Part shown: one piece after another, positions 9,287-17,912 of the stretch
Position numbering within the stretch: the stretch's first letter is position 1
Layout of the letters: every line of letters starts with the position of its first letter
Assembly (NCBI GenBank): GCA_001769295.1
Contig: MEOR01000108.1
Span: 76,596 to 129,079 of the forward strand
Direction of reading: 5' to 3'
Origin: Bacteroidetes bacterium GWF2_49_14
GTDB taxonomy: Bacteria > Bacteroidota > Bacteroidia > Bacteroidales > UBA12481
Length of the DNA: 52,484 bases
Notes under the pieces: generated by a model
The model's database searches: none
Told to the model about the DNA's origin: nothing
Seen by the model: the letters and a program-made list of their open reading frames with translations, nothing else
Position numbers and translations under genes: made by a program

Positions 9287-10033
9287 TTAATTAGCCTCCC
9301 GAATCCAGTCATACCCCTTTTCCTCCAGTTCAAAAGCGAGCCTCTTATCTCCTGAACGCACGATCCGGCCATCAAAGAGGACATGGACAAAATCCGGGAC
9401 AATATAATCAAGCAAACGTTGATAATGTGTAATAACGATGACGGCATTTTCCTTGTTTTTCAATCGGTTAACGCCATTGGCCACCGTTTTGAGCGCATCA
9501 ATATCGAGGCCTGAATCCGTTTCATCAAGAATAGCCAGTTTCGGTTCCAGCATGGCCATCTGAAAGATCTCATTTCGTTTCTTCTCGCCACCGGAAAATC
9601 CCTCATTAACTGAACGGTTAGCCAGGGAGGTATCCAGGTCAACAAGCGCTTTCCGGTCGCGCATCAGTTTCAGAAAATCGGCGGCACCCATCTCGGGTTG
9701 GCCCAGGTATTTTCTTTTTTCATTAACGGCCGTCCGCATGAAGTTCACCATGGAGACACCGGGGATCTCAACCGGATACTGGAAGCCGAGAAAGATTCCC
9801 TCACGGGCCCGGATCTCGGGGGCCATCGAAAGGAGGTCTTGCCCGCAGTAGGTCACTTCGCCGCCCGTGACTTCAAAAACTTCGCGTCCGGCGAGAACGG
9901 CAGCGAGGGTGCTCTTGCCGGATCCGTTCGGTCCCATGATTGCATGAACTTCACCGGCGTTGACGGTAAGATTGATTCCCTTCAGGATCTCTTTTCCGTC
10001 TATTGATGCTTTAAGGTTACGTATTTCAAGCAT
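9287..10033 (-). CDS. sufC: Fe-S cluster assembly ATPase SufC
   Basis: GPNGSGKST, FQYPVEIPGV, NEGFSGGEKKRNE, LDETDSGLDID, ITHYQRLL. Confidence 0.97.
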   Translation of the reverse strand: MLEIRNLKASIDGKEILKGINLTVNAGEVHAIMGPNGSGKSTLAAVLAGREVFEVTGGEVTYCGQDLLSMAPEIRAREGIFLGFQYPVEIPGVSMVNFMRTAVNEKRKYLGQPEMGAADFLKLMRDRKALVDLDTSLANRSVNEGFSGGEKKRNEIFQMAMLEPKLAILDETDSGLDIDALKTVANGVNRLKNKENAVIVITHYQRLLDYIVPDFVHVLFDGRIVRSGDKRLAFELEEKGYDWIREAN

Positions 10034-10052
10034 GGGTTGGGGGATTGATGAT

Positions 10053-11501
10053 TTAGCCGACACTGCCTTCGAGGGTTATTTGTAAAAGTTTCTGGGCTTC
10101 GACAGCAAATTCCATCGGAAGTTTATTGAGCACTTCGCGGGCATAGCCGTTTACAATAAGGCCGACGGCAGTTTCGGTATCGATACCGCGCTGGTTGCAA
10201 TAGAATATCTGGTCTTCCCCTATTTTCGAGGTTGTAGCTTCATGTTCAACGACTGCCGACTGGTTATCGACCTCGATATAGGGGAAGGTATGGGCTCCGC
10301 AGCGATCCCCGAGAAGAAGGGAGTCACATTGGGAAAAATTCCGTGCATGATCGGCATTCTTTGATACGCGCACCAAGCCACGGTAACTATTATTGCTGAG
10401 ACCAGCGGAGATTCCCTTGCTAACAATGATACTCCTTGTGTTTTTACCAAGATGGATCATTTTGGTTCCGGTGTCAGCCTGTTGGTGGTTATTGGTAACC
10501 GCGACACTGTAGAACTCGCCAACCGAATGGTCCCCCCGTAGAATACAGGATGGGTATTTCCAGGTAATTGCTGAACCTGTTTCCACCTGGGTCCAGGAAA
10601 TCTTTGACCGGTCGCCCATGCAGATCCCGCGCTTCGTAACAAAATTATAAATCCCGCCCTTACCCTCACGGTCGCCGGGATACCAGTTCTGAACGGTTGA
10701 GTATTTTACTTCCGCATCGGTGTGGGCAATAATTTCCACGATCGCTGCGTGGAGCTGGTTTTTGTCACGCTTTGGGGCAGTACATCCTTCAAGATAACTG
10801 ACGTAGGCACCCTCTTCTGCAATGATCAACGTCCGTTCAAACTGCCCAGTATTGGCGGCATTGATCCTGAAGTAAGTCGACAGTTCCATGGGGCAGCGGA
10901 CGCCCTTTGGAATAAAGACAAACGACCCGTCGCTGAAAACGGCCGAGTTAAGCGATGCAAAGAAATTATCACGGTAGGGCACCACGGATCCCATATACTT
11001 TTTGACCAGGTCGGGATGTTCCCTAACCGCTTCGCTGAAAGAGCAGAAAATGATTCCTTGCCCGGCGAGGGCATCACGGAAGGTGGTCTTCACGGAGATG
11101 CTGTCCATGACCGCATCCACTGCAACACCGGCGAGTTGTTTCTGCTCATCGAGCGGTATTCCGAGCTTATTAAAGGTTTCAATAAGCTCCGGATCCACCT
11201 CGTCCAAACTGCCCAGGGGCTGCCTGCTTCGGGGGGCGGAGTAGTATATTATATCCTGATAGTCGATTACGGGAAGCTTGAGGTGCGCCCATTCGGGCAG
11301 CTTCATTGTTGTCCAGTACCGGTAAGCCTTCAGCCGGAATTCGAGCATCCAGTCGGGTTCTCCCTTTATTTCTGAAATCTGGCGTACAATATCCTCGTTC
11401 AGACCTTTCGGCAGGGCATCGCTTTCCACATCTGTGACAAAGCCATACTTGTATTCAGTTTGAGTAACCTGACTAATGATCTGATCCTGATCGGCATTCA
11501 T
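10053..11501 (-). CDS. sufB: Fe-S cluster assembly scaffold SufB
   Basis: [65 protein letters not shown]-terminus; normal length, no intein. Confidence 0.97.
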   Translation of the reverse strand: MNADQDQIISQVTQTEYKYGFVTDVESDALPKGLNEDIVRQISEIKGEPDWMLEFRLKAYRYWTTMKLPEWAHLKLPVIDYQDIIYYSAPRSRQPLGSLDEVDPELIETFNKLGIPLDEQKQLAGVAVDAVMDSISVKTTFRDALAGQGIIFCSFSEAVREHPDLVKKYMGSVVPYRDNFFASLNSAVFSDGSFVFIPKGVRCPMELSTYFRINAANTGQFERTLIIAEEGAYVSYLEGCTAPKRDKNQLHAAIVEIIAHTDAEVKYSTVQNWYPGDREGKGGIYNFVTKRGICMGDRSKISWTQVETGSAITWKYPSCILRGDHSVGEFYSVAVTNNHQQADTGTKMIHLGKNTRSIIVSKGISAGLSNNSYRGLVRVSKNADHARNFSQCDSLLLGDRCGAHTFPYIEVDNQSAVVEHEATTSKIGEDQIFYCNQRGIDTETAVGLIVNGYAREVLNKLPMEFAVEAQKLLQITLEGSVG

Positions 11502-11539
11502 AATCTCGTGAGATTCAGCAATGATAAAGGGTACCAAGT

Positions 11540-11560
11540 TATTTAGAATATTTCTAAATA
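11540..11560. promoter_or_regulatory. Perfect 9-3-9 palindromic operator (ICE/Fur-family-like) at the suf promoter
   Basis: TATTTAGAA-TAT-TTCTAAATA, directly downstream of the minus-strand -7 element. Confidence 0.7.
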
Positions 11561-11565
11561 GAAAG

Positions 11566-11573
11566 CAAAGGTA
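11566..11573 (-). promoter_or_regulatory. -7 promoter element of the suf operon
   Basis: TACCTTTG on the minus strand (TAnnTTTG). Confidence 0.65.
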
Positions 11574-11607
11574 AAAAATAAGACATGATAAATCCTTTGG
11601 GATATGC

Positions 11608-11615
11608 TAATTTTG
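11608..11615 (+). promoter_or_regulatory. -7 promoter element of thiL
   Basis: TAATTTTG, 26 bp before the ATG at 11642. Confidence 0.55.
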
Positions 11616-11641
11616 GAACCAAACTGATGTGGCAGAGCCTT

Positions 11642-12691
11642 ATGGAAAAGAAGAAGACCCGGTTATCGGAAATAGGTGAGTTCGGATTGATTCGCAAGCT
11701 GACACAGGATATAATTTTACGTCATCCAAGCACCCGGCTGGGTATCGGTGACGATGCCGCCGTGGTGGACCACGCCGATTTCAGGACTGTGGTCACTACC
11801 GATCTTCTGCTGGAAGGAATTCATTTTGACCTGACGTATGTTCCGTTAAAACACCTGGGTTACAAGGCAGTTATTGTTAATCTTTCCGATGTGTACGCCA
11901 TGAATGCCGTGCCACTCCAGATCACGGTGAGCCTTGGCATTTCGGCAAAGATGAGTCTGAAGGCAGTCGAGGACCTGTACCAGGGCATCAAGCTTGCCTG
12001 CAACCAGTATGAGATTGACATTATTGGAGGGGACACAACGGCCAGCCTTACAGGGTTGACAATCAGCATAACAGCACTGGGCACGGCTCCGGCGGGTCAT
12101 CTGGTTTACCGGAGCGGAGCCCGGAAGGGGGACCTGATTTGCGTTTCGGGCAACCTGGGTGCTGCTTATCTCGGATTGCTCCTGTTGCAGCGGGAAAACA
12201 GGCTTTTCAAGGAAGACCCGTTGTTCAGGCCGCGCATCGATTCCTTCCCCTATCTGCTGGAACGGCAGCTGAAGCCGGAGGCTCAGCGCGACGTGGTCAG
12301 GCTGTTCAAGGCAAAGGGCATCCGGCCAACGTCCATGATTGATGTATCAGATGGCCTCTCATCGGATTTATTGCATCTGTGTGAGGAATCGAATACCGGT
12401 TGCCGGATATATGCGGACCGAATTCCGGTTCATGAGGAAGCCGAAAATCTTGCATCCGATATGCACATGAGTCCTGTTGTGGCGGCATTGAGTGGCGGCG
12501 AGGATTATGAGCTGCTGTTTACCGTGAGTCCTGAGGATTACATGAAAATCCAGGGCGTTCCAGGGATCACGGCAATCGGGCACATGCTTGAAAATAAGGA
12601 AGGAAACTGGCTTACCTTGCAGGATCAATCGCAAATTCCGCTGGAATCACAGGGCTACAATGCCTTCAGGGAAACTGATAACGTCCTGTAG
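11642..12691 (+). CDS. thiL: Thiamine-monophosphate kinase
   Basis: GEFGLI, GIGDDAAV, TTDLLLEGIHF, NLSDVYAM, GGDT, IDVSDGL, GGEDYELLFT. The start at 11642 is chosen because a -7 promoter motif lies inside the longer ORF's 5' extension. Confidence 0.95.
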   Translation: MEKKKTRLSEIGEFGLIRKLTQDIILRHPSTRLGIGDDAAVVDHADFRTVVTTDLLLEGIHFDLTYVPLKHLGYKAVIVNLSDVYAMNAVPLQITVSLGISAKMSLKAVEDLYQGIKLACNQYEIDIIGGDTTASLTGLTISITALGTAPAGHLVYRSGARKGDLICVSGNLGAAYLGLLLLQRENRLFKEDPLFRPRIDSFPYLLERQLKPEAQRDVVRLFKAKGIRPTSMIDVSDGLSSDLLHLCEESNTGCRIYADRIPVHEEAENLASDMHMSPVVAALSGGEDYELLFTVSPEDYMKIQGVPGITAIGHMLENKEGNWLTLQDQSQIPLESQGYNAFRETDNVL

Positions 12692-12720
12692 AGACGCATA
12701 AATGCGTCTCTACAGGACGT
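12681..12720. repeat. Perfect 19-bp-arm palindrome with a GTAG-type REP core, spanning the convergent thiL and lpxA stops
   Basis: ACGTCCTGTAGAGACGCAT-AA-ATGCGTCTCTACAGGACGT. Confidence 0.85.
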
Positions 12721-13504
12721 CTGAATCATCAAACGGACCTTTGATGATCCCCCGCTTTGAGTGCCGGATAAACGATACGATCATATCACGTTCACCATTC
12801 CCTTCGAGTTCGTTCTCGATTTTCTCCAGGGCCTGGCTTGTGTTGAGTCCGCGCTGATAAATAAAGCGGTAAATTTCATGAATCTCCTCGATCAGCTCCT
12901 CTGAGAATCCCCGTCTTCGCAATCCTACCAGGTTAAGCCCCTCAAACCGGAGCGGATCCCTGCCTGCCATCACAAACGGTGGAACATCTTTCCCAACCTT
13001 TGATCCTCCCTGGATCATTGTATGCGCACCGATTTTAACAAACTGGTGAACACCGGTCTGGCCGCCGAGGATTGCGTAATCACCGATCTCAATTTCTCCG
13101 GCTAACCCCACATAATTTGTCAGAATCACGTGGTTTCCGATCCGGCAGTCATGGGCGATATGCGTGTAGGCCATCAGAAGGCAATCCGTTCCGATTATTG
13201 TTTTTCCGAAGGAGGCGGTGCCCTTGTTAATGGTAACGCATTCGCGGACGACAGTACGGTCGCCGATCAACACATAGGATCTTTCGCCGTTGTATTTCAT
13301 GTCCTGGGGGATGGCTGAAATAACCGCACCCGGAAAAATCTGACAATCCCGTCCTATTCTGGCGCCATCCATAATAGCCACGTGGGGTCCGATCCAGGCT
13401 CCCTCCGCGATTTCCACATCCTGAGTTATGGTAACAAATGCTTCTACTGTTGCGGTTTCGGCTATTTTCGCACCGGGGTGAACTGACGCCAGAGGGTGTA
13501 TCAT
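12710..13504 (-). CDS. lpxA: Acyl-ACP--UDP-N-acetylglucosamine O-acyltransferase
   Basis: Hexapeptide repeats, PQDMKY.GE, RECVTINKGT, MAYTHIAHDC, VHQF, GLN.VGLRRRGF. Confidence 0.96.
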   Translation of the reverse strand: MIHPLASVHPGAKIAETATVEAFVTITQDVEIAEGAWIGPHVAIMDGARIGRDCQIFPGAVISAIPQDMKYNGERSYVLIGDRTVVRECVTINKGTASFGKTIIGTDCLLMAYTHIAHDCRIGNHVILTNYVGLAGEIEIGDYAILGGQTGVHQFVKIGAHTMIQGGSKVGKDVPPFVMAGRDPLRFEGLNLVGLRRRGFSEELIEEIHEIYRFIYQRGLNTSQALEKIENELEGNGERDMIVSFIRHSKRGIIKGPFDDSDVL

Positions 13505-13514
13505 GAATCTCCCA

Positions 13515-14918
13515 TTATTTTATTTCTTTATTACGAATCACCTGCGCCATCATTTCCCCTTCGGTGGCAAGCTGCTCTCCAACAAATGCCTGGGCCCTCA
13601 TGCGAACAATTCCGCGCCGCACCGGTTCCAGTAGTTCCATTTTTAAAACCAGGGTATCGCCTGGCACTACTTTTCGTTTAAACCGGACATTATCTATTTT
13701 GAGGAAATAGGTACTGTATTCTTTTGGATTGTCGACTGCATGCATAACCAGAATCCCGCCGCACTGAGCCAGGGCTTCAACAATCAGGACACCCGGCATG
13801 ACCGGTTCATCGGGGAAATGCCCTACAAAGAAGGGTTCATTCATGGTCACATTCTTGACCCCGAGAACCATGATATCGGTAACATCGATGATTTTATCCA
13901 CCAGAAGGAAAGGCGGGCGATGGGGAAGCATGGTCATGATCCGGTTAATATCATAGACGGGCGCGGCATTCGGATCGTATGACGGCACAATGTTTCTTGT
14001 TTTTTCTTTTTTGATGGCGAGTTTGACCAGCTTCGCAAACTCGACGTTGGCACAGTGGCCGGGCCGGGTTGCGATAACCTTTCCTTTCAGGGGAACGCCG
14101 ATCAGTTTCAGATCACCGATCAGATCGAGCAGCTTGTGCCGTGCCGGCTCATTGCTGAATTCCAGTTTTGTCGTACTGAGGATTCCCTGGGCCTGGGCCA
14201 TAACACGGGGCTTGCCGATGAGATCGGCAACGCGGTCGAGTTCCGTTTGAGTAACTTCACGCTCCAGGATCACCATTGCATTATCGAGGCTGCCACCCTT
14301 GATCAGATTTGACCTCCAGAGCACTTCGAGCTCCCTGAAAAACACAAAAGTACGGGCAGCGGCAATCTGAGCCGGATAATCACTGATCCGGGTAAGACTG
14401 GCAAATTGATTGCCAAGAACGGCGGAATTATAATCGATCATAACGCTGACATTGAAATCATCAGCCGGCAGGGCCATGATTTCAACACCACGTTCTTCAT
14501 CGGAATAAACTATGGGCTCCCTGATTTCGAATATTTCGCGTTCTGCCATCTGGGTGACCGGGGCAGCTGTGAGGAGCGCATCAAGGTAGTTTCTGGCGCT
14601 TCCGTCAAGAATGGGCATCTCAGGACCGGTAAGCGTCACCAGGATGTTATCAATCTCCAGTCCGGCCATAGCAGAAAGGGAATGTTCGACCATTCCGATA
14701 CGGGCTCCTTTATCCTCAATAATCGTATTCCTGGCCGTATCAATCACAAATTCGGCGCAAGCCTTTACACAGGGTTTATCCGGAAGGTCGATCCGCTGAA
14801 AAACGACTCCATGGTTTTCGGGTGCGGGATGAAAGGTAACGATCACTTCGGCTCCGGTGTGGAGGCCGGTTCCCGACAGGGTTACGCTCTTTGAGATGGT
14901 CTTTTGTTTAAGCGCCAT
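13515..14918 (-). CDS. lpxC-fabZ: Bifunctional LpxC deacetylase / FabZ 3-hydroxyacyl-ACP dehydratase
   Basis: LpxC: QKTI, G.GLHTG, VEH, PILDGSA, ARTF, RHKLLDLIGD. FabZ: LPHRPPFLLVD, GHFP..PVMPGVL..EALAQ. The fusion is typical of Bacteroidota. Confidence 0.96.
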   Translation of the reverse strand: MALKQKTISKSVTLSGTGLHTGAEVIVTFHPAPENHGVVFQRIDLPDKPCVKACAEFVIDTARNTIIEDKGARIGMVEHSLSAMAGLEIDNILVTLTGPEMPILDGSARNYLDALLTAAPVTQMAEREIFEIREPIVYSDEERGVEIMALPADDFNVSVMIDYNSAVLGNQFASLTRISDYPAQIAAARTFVFFRELEVLWRSNLIKGGSLDNAMVILEREVTQTELDRVADLIGKPRVMAQAQGILSTTKLEFSNEPARHKLLDLIGDLKLIGVPLKGKVIATRPGHCANVEFAKLVKLAIKKEKTRNIVPSYDPNAAPVYDINRIMTMLPHRPPFLLVDKIIDVTDIMVLGVKNVTMNEPFFVGHFPDEPVMPGVLIVEALAQCGGILVMHAVDNPKEYSTYFLKIDNVRFKRKVVPGDTLVLKMELLEPVRRGIVRMRAQAFVGEQLATEGEMMAQVIRNKEIK

Positions 14919-14946
14919 TCACTTCCTCTTGGTTTAAATAATTGTG

Positions 14947-14954
14947 CAAAAATA
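14947..14954 (-). promoter_or_regulatory. Internal -7 promoter element upstream of lpxC-fabZ
   Basis: TATTTTTG on the minus strand in the lpxD/lpxC spacer. Confidence 0.55.
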
Positions 14955-14959
14955 AAATT

Positions 14960-15994
14960 TTATTCTTTACATCCAGAATCGCTGTTCTTCTCAAGGCGCC
15001 TTAGCCGCTCTGCAAGGTCCGGAAGTTTGCGGAAAAGCACATAGGAGCGCTGATAGGGCAGGAGGTCAAAGGCAGGACTTCCCTGTATAGCTGTTCCGGT
15101 TTCCCTGACTGACTGTCCGATTCCGCTCTGTGCAGCGATACGGGTTCCATCCGCGATGTTTATATGTCCGATAATTCCAACCTGCCCTCCGATCATGCAG
15201 TTTTTCCCGATACGAGTTGAGCCCGATATGCCGGTTTGGGCGGCAATCACGGTGTTTTCGCCGATCTCTACGTTATGGGCGATCTGGATCAGGTTATCGA
15301 GCTTGACCCCCTTCCGGATGATCGTTGAACCTATGGTAGCGCGGTCGATGGTGGTATTCGTCCCGATCTCGACATAATCCTCGATGACTACATTCCCAAC
15401 CTGGGGCACCTTCGTGAAATCGCTGCCGGTTACCGGAGCAAATCCGAATCCATCGCCGCCGATCACCGCACCACTATGTATAATACAATGACTGCCGATC
15501 ACGGAGCCGTTATGCACACGGGCACCGGAATAGAGCCAGGTATCATCACCGATCACCACATCCTCGCTGATGTATACCTGCGGGAATATCTTGACGTTAT
15601 TGCCAATACGGGCTCCCTTACTCACGTAGGAGAATGCTCCGACGTACACATCGGATCCCAGTACGGCCTCTTCATGGACAAAGGCCATCGGTTCAATTCC
15701 CGTGCGATTGGGTCTTTTTTCAACTATCGTCAGAAGCTTTGCGAGGGCACGATAGGGATCGTCAACCATGACAAGTGTGCATGTTAATGGCCGGGAGGCA
15801 ACAAAATCATTATGGACAAGGACTACTGATGCTTTTGTTTTATACAGATGATCCTGATATTTCATGTTTGCCAGAAAGCTCAGGGTACCTGGCCTTCCGT
15901 CCTCGATACGCGATACATCGTTCACACGGGCTTCTGCGTTTCCTTCCACCCGGCCACCCAGGTAACCGGCAATTTGCTGTGCTGTGAATTCCAT
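14960..15994 (-). CDS. lpxD: UDP-3-O-(3-hydroxyacyl)glucosamine N-acyltransferase
   Basis: LSFLAN.KY, hexapeptide repeats, IGGDGFGF, PQVGNV.IED.VEIG.NTTIDR, KLDNLIQIAHNV. Confidence 0.96.
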   Translation of the reverse strand: MEFTAQQIAGYLGGRVEGNAEARVNDVSRIEDGRPGTLSFLANMKYQDHLYKTKASVVLVHNDFVASRPLTCTLVMVDDPYRALAKLLTIVEKRPNRTGIEPMAFVHEEAVLGSDVYVGAFSYVSKGARIGNNVKIFPQVYISEDVVIGDDTWLYSGARVHNGSVIGSHCIIHSGAVIGGDGFGFAPVTGSDFTKVPQVGNVVIEDYVEIGTNTTIDRATIGSTIIRKGVKLDNLIQIAHNVEIGENTVIAAQTGISGSTRIGKNCMIGGQVGIIGHINIADGTRIAAQSGIGQSVRETGTAIQGSPAFDLLPYQRSYVLFRKLPDLAERLRRLEKNSDSGCKE

Positions 15995-16021
15995 AGGAAA
16001 GAGGGTAATTATTTGTAACGG

Positions 16022-17302
16022 CTAAAACTGTCTTTTAGTATCGCTATCCTGAAATAACCATTTCGGATAGCATAAAATATGTTTTGAGTCTGTCCGGCTT
16101 AGTAACGGAACATTAACGATATCGCTGGTTTCAGACAATCTCAGCAGCTGCCCGCTGTTATCAAGAAAAAGTATCTGGTCCTCTTCATCCGCATAGGCAT
16201 TGTTGGCAATTATATCGGTGAAGACGAGGAATTTACTTTCTTCCCAGGAGATCTTCCTGATTTTCATGGCCTTCTGGCGAAGCTCCTCAATAACAGTGGA
16301 TTCCCAGGCAGTTTTCCGGATCCGTACGGAGAAAAGCCTTCGGTTAAGGAGCCCGCCTGATAACAGGGAGAGCACCGGATCCTGATGCCCTGCCCAGACT
16401 TTAAGAACGGAAAAAATATCTGAGTCATCAAGCTGGGAGAAGCTGCTCAGGAGCCGGGGTAAATCACCGAGTGGATTTTCGCTCAGGGGACCGGGATAGA
16501 GGAAATCGTGCAGTGCGGGAGTGGTAAACAGCCGCGTACCATCAGCGGCAAGCAATCGTGCCCGGCTCAGGGCCTTAACGAGCATCTGTTCGGCGGCAAT
16601 CACGGTTTTGTGCAGGTAAACCTGCCAATACATGAGCCTTCTGGAGATGAGGTATTTTTCAATCGAATAAATTCCTTTTCGCTCAACAACCAGCTGATCC
16701 CCGAAAACCCTCAGCATCTTGAGAATTCTGTCGGAGCCCACTACGCCTTCGGTAACACCGGTAAAAAAACTGTCGCGGTTCAGATAATCCAGTCGGTCCA
16801 TATCAAGCTGGCTGGAGACCATTTGGTGCAAAAAAGGCCTGGGATTGCTGCCGGTAAAAATTCCGATGGCCAGATCCAGCGCCCCTCCGGTCTCCCGGTT
16901 CAGATGGTCCATAAAGAGCTGGGAAAGAACCTCATGATCAACTGTTTGCACAATGCTGTGCTCCAGCGCATGAGAAAAAGGCCCATGCCCGATGTCGTGC
17001 AAAAGGATTGCCGCAACTGCCGCTTCCCGCTCCTCCTCGCTTATCGCGCACCCTTTACGTTCGATCACCTCGAGGGCTGAACTCATCAGATGGGCCGCAC
17101 CGAGTGCATGCTGAAATCTGGTGTGATTGGCTCCCGGGTACACATAGAATGTCATTCCCAACTGCCGGATTCTCCTAAGCCTTTGAAAAAAAGGATGATC
17201 CACCAGATCACAGATCAGATCGGAAGGAATCGTAATAAACCCGTACAAGGGATCATTTATGATCTTCCTTTTGTTTGAGGAGGTTCTGAAATCATCCGTC
17301 AT
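16022..17302 (-). CDS. HD-domain phosphohydrolase (dNTP triphosphohydrolase-like)
   Basis: FQRLRRIRQLG, YPGANHTRFQHALG, LLHDIGHGPFSHALE, DMDRLDYL.RD; usual position upstream of lpxD in Bacteroidota. Confidence 0.9.
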   Translation of the reverse strand: MTDDFRTSSNKRKIINDPLYGFITIPSDLICDLVDHPFFQRLRRIRQLGMTFYVYPGANHTRFQHALGAAHLMSSALEVIERKGCAISEEEREAAVAAILLHDIGHGPFSHALEHSIVQTVDHEVLSQLFMDHLNRETGGALDLAIGIFTGSNPRPFLHQMVSSQLDMDRLDYLNRDSFFTGVTEGVVGSDRILKMLRVFGDQLVVERKGIYSIEKYLISRRLMYWQVYLHKTVIAAEQMLVKALSRARLLAADGTRLFTTPALHDFLYPGPLSENPLGDLPRLLSSFSQLDDSDIFSVLKVWAGHQDPVLSLLSGGLLNRRLFSVRIRKTAWESTVIEELRQKAMKIRKISWEESKFLVFTDIIANNAYADEEDQILFLDNSGQLLRLSETSDIVNVPLLSRTDSKHILCYPKWLFQDSDTKRQF

Positions 17303-17358
17303 TGGCAGAAAAATTGTTCTAAGTGCCTGCAATTTTACAATTTATTAATTTATTTATG

Positions 17359-17366
17359 TATTTTTG
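17359..17366 (+). promoter_or_regulatory. -7 promoter element of rimP-nusA-infB
   Basis: TATTTTTG followed by C. Confidence 0.65.
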
Positions 17367-17389
17367 CGGTCGATTGTGGGAATTAAGGC

Positions 17390-17415
17390 ATAGGGGACTC
17401 GGTCCCCTATTTTTT
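17390..17415 (+). promoter_or_regulatory. rimP leader hairpin with U-tract (attenuator-like)
   Basis: ATAGGGGAC-TCG-GTCCCCTAT followed by TTTTT, 12 nt before the rimP ATG. Confidence 0.7.
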
Positions 17416-17427
17416 GATACAGTAGAA

Positions 17428-17901
17428 ATGTTTGATAAAGAGCACATACACAAGGTTATCGGGGAAGTGATCGGGGAATCTGATTTCTTTCTCGTGGAGG
17501 TGCATGTGACCAAAGGGAACCTGATCCAGGTGTTCCTTGATCACACGATCGGAATCACTGTGGATGACTGCGCCACTTTCAGCCGGAAAATAGAGGAAAA
17601 GCTGAACCGTGAGGAGGAGGATTTTGAACTTCAGGTCTCTTCACCGGGACTGGGGCAGCCTCTGAAGGTTATCCGGCAATACCATAAGGCAGTAGGTCAG
17701 TTGGTGAATCTTACCCTGAAGGATGATTCCATCATCAGGGGAACACTGGAATCAGTTAAAACATCAGAACCTGGTACGGACCCGGAACTGATTATCCGCC
17801 TTGCAGGCACGAAAAAAAAACCCGCTCCAGCTGTTCCCGTTCACATTGAGATCGGCCAGATTAAAACAGCAAAAATTGAAATTGATTTTAACAAGGTGTA
17901 A
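17428..17901 (+). CDS. rimP: Ribosome maturation factor RimP
   Basis: VFLD...GITVDDC...SR, DFELQVSSPGLGQPL; first gene before nusA-infB. Confidence 0.93.
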   Translation: MFDKEHIHKVIGEVIGESDFFLVEVHVTKGNLIQVFLDHTIGITVDDCATFSRKIEEKLNREEEDFELQVSSPGLGQPLKVIRQYHKAVGQLVNLTLKDDSIIRGTLESVKTSEPGTDPELIIRLAGTKKKPAPAVPVHIEIGQIKTAKIEIDFNKV

Positions 17902-17912
17902 ACATTCAGGAT

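Noticed and set aside
10053-11501. Intein in SufB
   Set aside because: The protein is normal length (about 480 aa) with continuous SufB motifs.
11585-11641. Longer 5' extensions given by the ORF track (thiL, rimP, gcvH, sufB, rseP, M1 peptidase, barrel)
   Set aside because: The extensions overlap promoter or operator motifs or upstream genes; downstream ATGs match family N-termini or signal peptides better.
13515-14918. LpxC-FabZ fusion as a novelty
   Set aside because: A well-known, standard arrangement in Bacteroidota.
16022-17302. HD dNTPase-like gene as an anti-phage defence system
   Set aside because: It sits in its usual housekeeping position upstream of lpxD, with no defence-island context.
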